A stretch of 64,000 nt of DNA from the human T2T-CHM13v2.0 reference genome, Homo sapiens, in NCBI RefSeq assembly GCF_009914755.1, contig NC_060931.1; one strand, given 5' to 3'. The translations under genes and the position numbers were made by a program. Positions 27,496 to 42,210 of this stretch are shown piece after piece (within the stretch, counting starts at the first letter, position 1; each line of letters begins with the position of its first letter). The notes under the pieces are model-generated. The model saw only the letters and a list, made by a program, of their open reading frames with translations. It had not been told where the DNA came from and made no database searches.

Positions 27496-28393
27496 GTGTT
27501 AATTAATTCAATTTTACATATGAATAAAGTGTCACAATAAATACTATTAGCTTTTATGTCACTGTTAGTACTACAGATTATTTTAAATTTGATAAATCAG
27601 ATCAGATAGTGTTCTCTGGGAAGGTGGAACCTGAATTCTGGACCAAAAACTCATACTTCTCTGTAACACACTCCACTTATAACAGGTGGGCTGTCCATGA
27701 TTTCTGATGCACTCTTGTAATAAATGCTATTTTATATTGTACCACTTATTTTTTATATTTTTTGCTTCCTGTCTCTTCAAATAGATTACCAGGACCTTAA
27801 AGGCTGGGAACCTAACTCTCATTTATTTGTAGTTTTCCACAATCCAAGCACTTTCTGACACATACCAGGACTGGGATGAATTTGGTCTATTAGATTTCTG
27901 CACTTAATAAATTGGGCATGTTTTAAATAAGATAATCAGTTTCCATGAAAAGAATAAATGACATCTGTCTCCTCTTTGTTTTTATGAATTATTGCTCTTT
28001 CATTATTCATTTGGTCACTCAATGTTTATAAGACCCTTGCTCTCTGTCTGATTCTATATTATTTGGTATACAACATGAATGAAACACAGATGCCTTTTTT
28101 GAAGAGTTCATAAGGAAATAGCTAATAGTAATGAGAGATAAATCCTATAGCATAGCCACAGGGAAAGCACTACTTCTGAGAAAGGGAGTATATGGGGTAC
28201 ATCTTAAAGGTTGGGAAGTGAATGTGCTTGGGTTATTGTTTTCAACAGCACAGAGACATACAAGAGCAGGGCAGATGACTGGTACTGAGGGTATAGGCAG
28301 GATAATAGCAGAGGATACATCTAGAAAGGTAGGTTGCATCTGTGCTTGGATTACAAGCTATATTGAGTCAAGACTTCATCCTGTTGTGTAGTG

Positions 28394-28847
28394 TGTAGAT
28401 GCCATAATACCCAATCCCCCTTCAAAGATAAATGACCTACATCCCCAGTCTCCAGGAGTGCTGCCAGCAGAAAGTCAGTAGCCTTCAGCCTTCAACTGTG
28501 AGCCACCTAAGAAGTTTGCCTCTGCTGGAGAGAGCTATCACGTCTAAGGCCATGCCTCCTCCTTCCCATGGTAGTCCATGTTCAATGACTGATTGGAATG
28601 GGTGGATAAGGTCTGATTCCTTATCCCCAACTCAGGACAACTCAGAAGGGTTATCTCAACCTCAGAACTCACCTTAGGGTCAACTGAATCCCCATAAGAA
28701 AGCTTCTCAGTTTTACTTCTCTCTCTGCTCTGTTCTGCCATTATTTTCTTCCCCCCCTCCTACTTCCCAACAAAATTCTTGCACAGTAACATCAGTTTCC
28801 AAGTCTGCTTGCTGAGGACCCCTTACTGGGGAACCCACCCTGAAACA
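28394..28847 (+). mobile_element. LTR16 (ERVL) solo LTR, LTR16C-like, within L2 remnants
   Basis: tgtagatgcc...ccccaactcaggacaactcagaaggg...gggaacccaccctgaaaca; TG...CA termini. Confidence 0.7.
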
Positions 28848-29605
28848 GGTGGTATTGGGGAGTTATCAAGGGGACTTAAGCAAGCAGTGACATAATCAAA
28901 CAAATATTTCTTCAATATGAGCTTTCCTGAACATTTGAAAATAATTAGGCTTTAAAAAAATGCACATCAATTAATTTATTTCATCAGGGATTATTCCTAT
29001 AGGGCTGAAAAAGCTGGTATGGCAGCTGCAAAGACATGCAGTGTTTATATTTTTGATAATGGATCATTTTTCTTCATTATTGACAGCCTATTCATCTTTT
29101 AGGATTTTTTAAAACATTAAAATTCATTAAATTTTGTCTCAAAGCCAAGGAATTACAAAGTAAAATCTTATTTTCAAAACTTGTTAATCAGAAACTTATC
29201 CTGATTAAGAAGTAAAATATATTCCTGGTTTTTAGAACATCATATAGGTATAAAATGGATAAACAAGAAATTTTCCAAAACATTCATATTAGTTTTTAAT
29301 ATCCTTTGATTCTACTATGGCAAAATTAATGTTTATTTTCTACAGGATGGGATACTTTTTTCCACCATCAGATGATTGAAAAATGCACCTTTTAAATTCT
29401 ATCTTTCAAATGCTCAAATCCCAAAGACAGATTAGGTACACCAGTGGAGAATTGTATCAAATAAAGGCTGTGGTTGATGTTTTGTCAATTTTCAATTTTT
29501 TCTTCCACATCTATTGAGTATTTTCAGATTGCCTTTACCTCACTTATTCAATCTGCAGTTATTGAGAAACTATTACAAGGGACACATCAAGAGTAGTCAT
29601 AAACA

Positions 29606-29798
29606 CTCATATCATTAGAAGACATGAACTGGCACATGAACACCACACTGGACTCACACTTGCACATCCCTTTAGTGACCAAGGCTTTGTCAACCCTTTC
29701 ACATCTGACTCCTTCCCTTCGAATGATATTCCTTCCTGGAGTCCTCTTGGTTCCTCATTCAAACAGGCTTACATGGGTCTATTCCATAGTTTGCTCAA
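29606..29798 (+). repeat. Direct repeat copy 1 (~190 bp)
   Basis: Aligns by eye with 30207-30392. Shared blocks ctcatatcattaga, acaccacactgga, ctttgtcaacc, tcacatctgactccttc, acaggcttacatgggtctattccatag, ttgctcaa. Confidence 0.9.
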
Positions 29799-30206
29799 AC
29801 CTGCTAATGAAAGCCCCTGGCTTTTCCTTCTCATGTGTTACTGGGAGTGCCTCACATGAATTTCCACAATTCCAAATGCCATGAGGTTAGTCACCACGTT
29901 GAGGTTCCTGTTTCTTTCCTCTTCAGCTCTGGCATCCTAATGCTGAGCACCATCTCTTTTACTTCTATAGGATTTGTCTACACCCTGCAAGTACAACAAT
30001 TTCCTCCAGGTACCACTGTACGCTAAAGAGTATGCAGGGAATATTCTCTCCTAACAGTCTCTACAGACTCTCCTCAACCCCAAATGGAAGCACCGGAGCC
30101 CTGCAGTTGCCAAATCTCTACAATGTTTAGTTCAAGAAGAGGAAAAACTCTCCCCCTGTTTTGTTAATTATGGGTGTTCCCATTTTTACTTCTTTGGACA
30201 GCTGTC

Positions 30207-30392
30207 CTCATATCATTAGAGGATATGAGCTGGGACAAAGACACCACACTGGATACAGACTGACCCTTCCCTTCAGTGACTAAGCCTTTGTCAACCTCTT
30301 CACATCTGACTCCTTCTTCCCCTGGAATGATTTTTCTTCCTGAAGTCCTCATTCACACAGGCTTACATGGGTCTATTCCATAGCTTGCTCAA
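30207..30392 (+). repeat. Direct repeat copy 2 (~185 bp)
   Basis: Partner of 29606-29798, offset ~601 bp. Confidence 0.9.
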
Positions 30393-30621
30393 TATTTCTG
30401 AACCCTGTGGAGGTCACAATTTAGACCAGAGACACTACAAACAATAAGTGAACGTGCAATGTCTGCCTTAAGAGATTATAGAATCTCTGTAATTGCTAGC
30501 ACATCTCAAGATGACCAAAAGTCATCAAAAATTTGTAAATGGCAAAGAGAAGGGAATAAATTATTGTTATTTCCAACTATTTTACTCTTTTTCTCTCAAA
30601 GGATAAAGAATTCTAGTTTTC

Positions 30622-31765
30622 CATAAAACTCCTGAAAGAAAATATAGGAATAAATCTCCATGACATTGGGTTAGGCAATCAATTCTATAATATGACAAAA
30701 AATGCATAAATGACAAAAGAGAAAACAGATAAATGGGATGTTATCAAATTAAAATCTTTTGTGCTGCAGATGATACCATCAAGAAAGTGAAAGGTCAGCC
30801 CATAGAATGGGAGAAAGTATTTGTAAATCATATACCTGATATGGAGCTTATATCTAGAATATATAAAGACCTTTTACCCTGCAGTTATTAAAAGATAACC
30901 AGATTAAAAATGAGCAAAGGATTTGAACTAACCTTCCTCCAAAGAAAGTATACAAAAGGTTGATAAGCACATGAAAAAACTCAACATTATTGGTTATTAG
31001 GAAAATGAACATCAAAAGCACAATGAGATACCACTTCGTGTCTATAAGATGGCTATAATAAAAAAGACAATAATAAGTGCCAACAAGCATGTGGAGAAAT
31101 TTCAACCCTCATATGCAGCTGGTAGGAATGTAAAACTGTGCAGTTGCTTTGTAAAGTAGTTTAGCAGTTTCCCAGAATGCTAAACATGGAGTTACTGTAT
31201 GACCCAGCAATTTCACTGCTAGGTATATATGCAATATAAATACGAATATATGTCTACAAAAGAATATGTACTTTAAGGTTCATAGCAGCACTATTCTTAA
31301 TAGCTAAAAAGTGGAAACAACTCAAAAGTCAGTTAACTGATGAATGGATAAATATAATTTGGATTAGCCATATAGCAAATTATCATTTGATAGTAAAAAT
31401 AATTGAAATACTGATACATGCTACAAGATAGATGAACATGAAAACATTCTGCTAAATGAAAGAAACCAGTCACAAAAGACCACATATTGTGGGATTTCAT
31501 TTAGATAAAATGTCTAGAATAGGCAAATCTATGATGACTGAAAGTAGATTAGTAGTCACGTAGGACTTGGGTAGAACTGGGGTGAGAGAATAGGGAATGG
31601 CTGCTAATGAATATAGGGATTCTTTTTGGGGAAACAAAAATGTTCTCAAATTAGATTGCAGTGATGATTGTAAAAATGTATGAATATATATACCAAAAAC
31701 ATTAAATTTTAAAATTTAAATGGTTGAATTGTATGCTTTGTGAATCTCAATAAAACTGTTAAAAT
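30622..31765 (+). mobile_element. 5'-truncated L1MB (ORF2 end plus 3'UTR)
   Basis: caatgagataccacttc, gacccagcaatttcactgctaggtatat, and 3' end tctcaataaaactgttaaaa. Degenerate TSD aattctagtttt (30609-30620) / aattctagcttt (31775-31786). Confidence 0.88.
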
Positions 31766-33658
31766 TATTTTTTAAATTCTAGCTTTTGTTAGTGTAGTTT
31801 TTAAAAAGAATAACTAATTCAGTACTGTTCACATTTTGAGAATTAGCTCATTACCTCACATAAACAAGACTTAAACATCTGTATGGAAAAGGGGGGCTTC
31901 CTGAGGAGCTATTTAGTACTTCAGAGTCTTTTTGACAACAGATTATGGTGAACATTAAAATGGCTATCACTTTAAAAGTGGAAAGAGAATTTGTGACACT
32001 TTAAGCCAGGCAGGAACATTTAAAAATTGTTATTGTAGAAAAAAAATGTAATTTTTCAACAGAAAAAAATTCCCTATTCATCATTCAATATATCATCATT
32101 TAATATGAAGGACAATAAAATACACTCTTTAATTGCCTGAATAAATTTGCATTTTAGAGTAATTTAATTTTCACTAATGTAATTTGAATGACTCAAGTGA
32201 AACATAAAGGAGTTAACTGAACAGATTGATTATTTTGGGTATAAATTTTACAGAAATCAACAACATTTATTACTAAATATAACACACATTTTTATTTCTA
32301 AAACAAATTTTGAGTACTTTAAAATGAAAATCATGTTGCAAAAATCATAAAAGTTCCAACACATTGGAATGATTCAATTTCAATAAGACCTTCTTTCCTT
32401 TCTTTATAATCACGAGCTTAACTTGGGCCTTCCTCCAGAACTTTATTTATAAAACCATTCTATTTCATTCAGGATTGTTTCTTTATACACTGACAATTTA
32501 TTGAAGAGAATTAAGCAAGACACGTAGGATACGTTAGAGAAAAAAAAAGCAGAAAAAGTCTAAATTATATTTGAATAGTCTGCTCTCTGGATGTCCAATT
32601 CCAGACAATGAGGACCACTTGATTTTCAAAGACATATAAGGAAGATGTCTACACCCTCTCTTTATCACCACTTCCATCAACTAACAACCCATATTGCAGG
32701 AAGTTTGACATAAATGCTTGTGGTGACAGATGATTAACACCATGTTTTACTTCCAGAAAAAAGAGTCTGATGTTATCACCTTGTCTTTTCTTGAAGGACT
32801 AAGAGTTAAAGGCCTAGGAGAGAGAGAAGTCAAGGTCTAAAAGAAGTCAAGTTCTTTACAGAAAAGCAACATAATGCAAAGAAACATTTCATTTGGCTTG
32901 AATTTTAAAGTGGTCTTAAAAGAGGTTAGAATGCCTAGAATACGATAATGCTTTAAAAACAAACTTGGAACAGCACAACCCTATTTGGAACAATTGGACT
33001 AATATTGCCATGAGCTGATTGGCATCTTACAACAAGTGGAGTTTGCAAAGCCTATGATACTCATAGATTTCTAGACAAGTCTATGTTACATTGTATCAGC
33101 TGAATATATAGTCAAAAGACAGCTCACTTTTATTTTCAGCACATACAGAAACAATTATAAATTCTAGACCAAAGTGACAAAAAATTAAATTATATACCCA
33201 AGAATTGTATCTTCCAGTGACTACTAAGCTTAAAATGTGTAGGACTATTAAGGTATTGTTTGGAAGATGCAGGGAGGGTCTATAAAACATATGCATATGT
33301 GTGCAACATGTATGTCTTTTGTCCTCCACTTTTGGAGAATAATTTTTGCAATGTGAGATGTATTGTGTTTTCCTTTTGATCTATATGATTTCAACATTAG
33401 GCTATGTATAAAAATTAATAGTGAGATCATTTATAAGGCTTCATGCTATTTTAATTCAATCATAACAGCCGAACTTATGAATATCTAGAGGTAAACAAGG
33501 CTCCCTTTTTTCTCTTTAATTTACTATCAAAGCCAACAATTTTTAAAAAGTTAGCAAAATTTGTTAACATAATTAAAATATACGGCAAAAGTTATTGAAA
33601 AATACTACTATTTCATCAGCTAAACATTTTATAAATACTAAAATTTAAAGTTAGCTGA

Positions 33659-33699
33659 AAACTTGCTAACATAGTTGAAACTTGCTAACATAGTTGAAA
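33659..33699. repeat. Perfect 19-bp tandem duplication
   Basis: acttgctaacatagttgaa at 33661-33679 and 33680-33698. Confidence 0.9.
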
Positions 33700-34689
33700 T
33701 GTATTATAAGTATTACTGAAAAATACTTCTATTTTACCACGTAATTTTTAAAATATTTATGAATCTTTCTATGAATTAACCAAAACTTTTCAGAATGCAG
33801 AAAAAAATGCTAATAATCACTGTCCTTTGATTTACAAGTACAGAAAATTTGCAAGAATTGAGTGGATGAGGCATTTCAAAATTGATTGTAAAATGTTTAC
33901 CTAATATTAGTAATATTCCAATGTATATCTGACTTCCAAGGCTACTCAACATATGCTGCAATGATGCCATTTGACACAATAACCTTTTTATTCATAACAA
34001 GTCCGGTATATATTTCAGATACAGCATATATAACATCTTTCTTATTCTAGTCATGTTGAACATGTAGCATCACGAAAAATTAAAAATCACTTTACATTTT
34101 AAAATGTGACTAACATTGTTACAACAATGTTGACCAATAGATAAAGTGATAAAAAAGTCTCTTCAAAGTGTGTTCATGTTTGCATTTTAAATAAAATATA
34201 ACTAGCATTATTTGACCTGCCTGTACTTTTTGAATTGAAAGATATATTTGTGAGAAAATAATACTTCACATTTTCACTAATTTATTAATGATTTTCTAAA
34301 TTGATATTTATTATTCATTTAATATTAATATTTATAACATTTTACAATGTTTTGTATTAACATTGATTTATTAATAAATTCATTTAATTTACTTTATTGC
34401 AGTATTTTAATGACCATCATTTCTGTAGTCTCCAGTGGTGCATAATTTATATCATTTTGAATTTTGTAAGGACACTTTGTAAGAAGCCTGTGCTAAGTTT
34501 TGTTCATTGTGTGGCCAGATTTATTTTTGTGGTACCCATATTTCCACACAATTCTCAGAGATCATTTTTAAACTAGACAGACAATTTTCATATATTTTAT
34601 GTTGATTTCTAGAAATCCAGGAAGTTTAACCAGATTTCAGCACTTACTTCTTAAGAAAAAAAATTACTAACATTTATTAGTAAGTTTAC

Positions 34690-35285
34690 CAATTACCACA
34701 AATTTAGTTTCTTAAAACAACACCTATTTATCATATTTCAGAGTATTCTGGGTAGGAATTTCAGAGCATGGATCAGCTGAGTCATCTGCATAGAGTCTCA
34801 CATGGGGAAAATCCAGGTGTCATCAAAGCTGTGCTCCTTTCTGCAGATTCCTGGGATAAATCCACTTCTCAGCCCATTTAGGTTGTTAGCCAGGTTCATT
34901 TGTTTGCCATTATAGGACTGACTTTTCCATTTCCTTCGTGACTGTCAGCCAGAGGTCAATCTTTGATCCTGCAGGCTGCTCTCATTTCTTCTGAAATTTT
35001 CCGTGTGTTACTCTCCAGCAACGGCAGGGTGAGTCCCCCTCACATTTTAAATTGCTCTCACTTCTGCTACTACATCTATCTGATCTCAGACAGAGAAAGT
35101 CCTTTGCTTCTAAGGGCTCATGTGACAAGATTGGGCCCCTCCAGATAATCCAAAGTAACCTCTATATTTAAGGCCCATGACTTTAATTACATCTGCAAAG
35201 TCTCTTTTGCCATATATGTAACATATTTACACATTCTGGGAATTGGGATGTGGATATCTTTGAGGGGCTATGATTCTGCCTACCA
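34690..35285 (-). mobile_element. MLT1E-like (ERVL-MaLR) solo LTR
   Basis: aattaccacaaatttag...taattacatctgcaaagtctcttttgcca...ggggctatgattctgcctacca is antisense MLT1. Confidence 0.8.
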
Positions 35286-37373
35286 AAAGATTACATAAAT
35301 TCATATGAAGTGCTTAGAAAATGGTTGGTGAAAAATGGTTCTTTTTTTTACTGTAGTAACAGTGAAAGTTCATATATACAGTGCACCGTGACATCATCCG
35401 TATCCAACATTTTGTTCAAATCCATCATTAGCCTCAGTATGATTGATTTTGATGTATTATTAGCCTATAACATTTTAAAAAAATACATTGTTTTGCCACA
35501 CTGTCATTTTTGTGGTATCAAATTAAAGTGACATTTTAAAATATATTTAAAAGCTAAAGTCAATTTATGATGTATCTTTCTATTGTGAACTATCACTTTA
35601 GAAGTAAAGTTTTGATTTTGAGTATTCAACAGAATTTGGCCCATTTTGATCACTTTGACATTAGGAAGTTAACAGCAACAAGGCAATCTTATCAATACAG
35701 TCAAAGAAAAACTGTCACTTTAGGTACCAGCTTGATCAAAAACTCAAATACAGACATGTTTGTAGGTCTGCAGCAGTTCTTGGTTACAGGAAAGTCAGCT
35801 GGATGTTCTCAAGTAGGACTCTACTAATCTTTTCAAATGATTTTAAAATTACAGTATAAAATATCTCATAGGAAATTTGTATATCTTTGATAATACATGG
35901 AGAAATATTTAAGCTTGAGCAAAGTTTTTTGTAGAAATGTAATCTTACAGTTGCTTTTGTGAAATCTTGTACTCTGGCTTAAGCTCTTTGAAGAAAAAAA
36001 AATCTGATTTTTCTACATTTTGCAATCTCTTCATTCTACAAGATATTTGCCATATCAAGTTTGTGAAATGAAATTTAACATGTTGTTTAACACAGCAAAA
36101 TAAAAGAAAAATTAGCTAAGCTTTAATATCCATAAATATGTTAGGATTTTCATTTTTGCTTACATATGAAGTATGATTACTTCTACAATTCCTCAGAGTA
36201 AAAATAAAAATGAAATAAACAAGTATTTTTCTGAGGTATTATTTCCCTGTCTCATCAAAAGATTAAAATCTGTATATCTAGAATGTTATATACTTTCCAC
36301 GTTTTTTCAAACATTTAATCTTCTGTTTATTGCTCTAGAAAAATCTGTCATTACTTTGATATGGCAGATGAAGAGACCAAAAAGCTACTTAGCATGCTAA
36401 AAGCTAGTGGCAGAGCAAGTAGACAAAAGAAACAAAAAATATACACAAAAAAAAGCCCTCGTGATCAATATCGTCTTCACGAACTTTTAGATTGGCAGCT
36501 CTCAAATCCTTTAAGTAACAAGGTGGTTGATAAATAAATACATACCTTATTAAATACAATGGCAAATTGATTTGTTTTGAGAATAACTTCTAGGACTGAG
36601 AAGAACTAAGACTCCCCTGGTTCTGACTCAGAAATCTGTATTAAATTGAAAAGTTCAAATAGGAAAACAAAACTTCAATAAAGGCAGGGACAAAGGTGGG
36701 AGAAAACAAAAAGGAAACATTAAAAGAGAGAAACAAAAAATAAATAAATAAATAAAACTGCTCATAACATTCCTCTGGAGCCATTTATAATTCCTGGGTA
36801 TACTTCAGTATTTAAATTACTTGTCTCTTAATTATCTGGGCTGCAACTTATCACCTGGTCACATGTTTTAAGCAGAACACAAACTAGGCAAGAACAAAGT
36901 AGTGATCGATGGGAATTAGTTCCATGATGTACTATTGATTGCATATAAAAAAGAAGGATTTAGGGTTTATCACATTGCTGAAAAGTGTTTGTTTTCTCCC
37001 ACAGATGTAGCCATTAGTTAGGAGCATAGCATATGGCTGGAGGGTAATTAAGAAGCTGATGCCTCATAGAACGAGGATAAATAAACTAGAGGATGCAACC
37101 ACATTACATCCCTCTGCCCCTACTTGTCTTTGTAACAGAACTTTGGCCCATGTGTAGTGATTCTATTTAATGACATGGAGCACTCTGAGAAAAAGCAAGT
37201 TTAGGAAAGAGAAAAGAAATCCAGAGTACAGTTTGCACATGTTAACTTTAAGGTATCCACTAGACATTCATATGTAGGTATTAAATAAACAGATGTTCAA
37301 AAATATTTCAGTAAAGAAGGCTAGGGCTAGAGATAGAAATTTGGAGGTGAAGCATGAAACTGATAACTAAAAC

Positions 37374-38015
37374 TGTCACCTTTAGAAAGGGGTCCCAATC
37401 CAGATCCTAAGAGAAGGCTCTTGGATTTCATTCAAGAAAGAATTCAGGGTGAGCCCAAAGAGTAAAGTGAAAGCAAGTTTATTAAGAAAGTAAAGGAATG
37501 AAAGGGTGGCTACTCCATAGGCAGAGCAGACCCTCAGGCTGCTGACTATTTTTATGGTTATTTCTTGATCATATGCAAAACAAAATGTGGATGATTCATG
37601 AGTTTTCTGGGAAAGAGACAGGCAATTCCAAGAGCTGAGGGTTTCTCCCCTTTTTAGACTATATAGGATAACTTCCAGAAGTTGTCATTAAATCTGTAAA
37701 CTGTCATGGCACTGGTAGGAATGTCTTTTAGCATGCTAATGATTTATAATTAGCATAGAATGAGCAGTGAGGATGACCAGACATCACTTTCGTCACCATC
37801 TTGGTTTTGGTGGATTTTGGCCGGCTTCTTTACCACATCCTGTTTTATCAGCAGGGGCTTTACAACCTGTATCTTGTGATACCAATCCTCCTGACCTATC
37901 TCATCCTGTGACTAAGAATGCCTAACTTCCTGGGGATGCAGCCCAGTAGGTCTCAGCCTTATTTTACCCAACCTCTATCCAAGATGGAGTCACTCTCGTT
38001 CGAATGTCTCTGACA
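37374..38015 (-). mobile_element. MER41B (ERV1) solo LTR
   Basis: Reverse complement begins TGTCAGAGACATTCGAACGAGAGTGACTCCATCTTG. Length 642 bp, TG...CA termini, 4-bp TSD aaac (37370-37373 / 38016-38019). Confidence 0.92.
37605..37613. promoter_or_regulatory. GAS/STAT motif TTCTGGGAA inside MER41B
   Basis: Exact TTCnnnGAA at the position of the MER41B tandem GAS pair. The partner site at 37626-37634 is degenerate (TTCCAAGAG). Motif only; function untested. Confidence 0.55.
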
Positions 38016-38058
38016 AAACCATTGCGAAAGAATGAGATCACCCTGGGAGTAAGCCTAG

Positions 38059-40463
<2,405 letters not shown>

Positions 40464-41651
40464 AAAAGACAATTGAGCCCTATGGTTCTCTAGCATTAAG
40501 GACCGGGAATAGGAGAAAAATCAAAATAGGAGACTGATAAGAAGCAGCAATTAAAGTAAGAATAAAAAAGATGGTGATGCCCTGCAGGATCAGTGCAAAG
40601 TTGTTTCAAAAAGGAGGCAAAGATCAATAGTGTCAAGTGACAGTGAAGAGCCAAATTAAATGAGGACTGAAAATTGACCACAATGTTTGATAACACAGAG
40701 GTCACTGGTGACTTGAAAGAGCAGTTTTAATGGAATGATGAGGACTGTAGTAGAATAGAGAATGTTAAATACGAAAATGGATATAGGCAGAAACATTGCT
40801 CTTTGAAGTTTTTTGTCATAAAGAGGAACAGAGAAATGTGGTGGCAGCTGAAGGCAAATCTACTGTCAAAAAACAGAAGTGTTTTTTTGTTTTGGTTTTG
40901 GTTTTGGTTTTTTATTTTGTTTTTAAGTGGAGCCGTTACAGCATTTGTGTATGCTGCATTGGGAGAGAAAAGTTGATTGTGCAGAGAAAGGGATAGCCAT
41001 TTTAAGGGCAGAGCTCTCAAGCATGGTCCACGTGGAGGAATTAGCTTTAAATAAAAGCCAGGATTCATAGTGTATTATAAGACAGCAGTTATTGATAAGA
41101 ACAAGAACAAGATCTTAATCATTAGCATGGGTGGCAACTGTAGTCCCCTTCAAAAGGAGAAAGGGAAACACTCACTCCCAGCTTTAAGTTTTGGCCCTGA
41201 AGATGTAGCTCCCACTTTAGAATGACAGCATGTTTTCTCCCTGAGATTATTACACTGTCAGAGGGGCTTGGTCCAGGTGCTTTGATTTCTTTTCCCCTCC
41301 AACTTTCAGAATCCAGCTATTATGTCAGATTCCTTTTTTCCTTGTTATAATTTTTTTCTTTGGGGTCCAGTTATTGAAATCATTCATGTTTTTCTTGTCA
41401 AAACATTATTTGACCCATGTAAATTAGTCTTTCCAAATACATAATGCAAGATATTACTAGTTTTATGTAAATATCAATTACAGCCCTGCTTGGAAAACCA
41501 ATATGCTCATTCTATGAGGCAGTAAAAACAGTCAAAAACATGGAAGGCTTAGGATACAATAGGAAAGCCTCGTGGTCAACAATGGAATTTGTCCTCCTTG
41601 TGTAACCTTGCAGAACACTGATTGATGTGGCGATTACAAAGCTTTCATATC

Positions 41652-41944
<293 letters not shown>

Positions 41945-42109
41945 TTAATTTTTAAAGTATCCTCTTGCATATAGCAATATTCTGCTGTTTGACCAAGGGC
42001 TCAGTTTTGATGGGAAGTATATGGAATGGTGAGAAAACTGGAAATACCTTAATCAGATAGATAATCTTCTGAATAATGAGTGACAGAAGCTAAAACTCAA
42101 TTACTGTCA

Positions 42110-42210
42110 CAAGCAGGAGGCTAAATCCAATGGACAACCAATATGGGAAGGAAAGCAAAAGTTACAGAAAGGAAAGGTGTTTCAGCTCAAGTCTGCTAAG
42201 AATTTTTTGT
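42110..42210 (+). mobile_element. L3/CR1 fragment
   Basis: aagttacagaaaggaaaggtgtttcagctcaa...aagaatttt resembles the L3 3' region. Confidence 0.35.
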
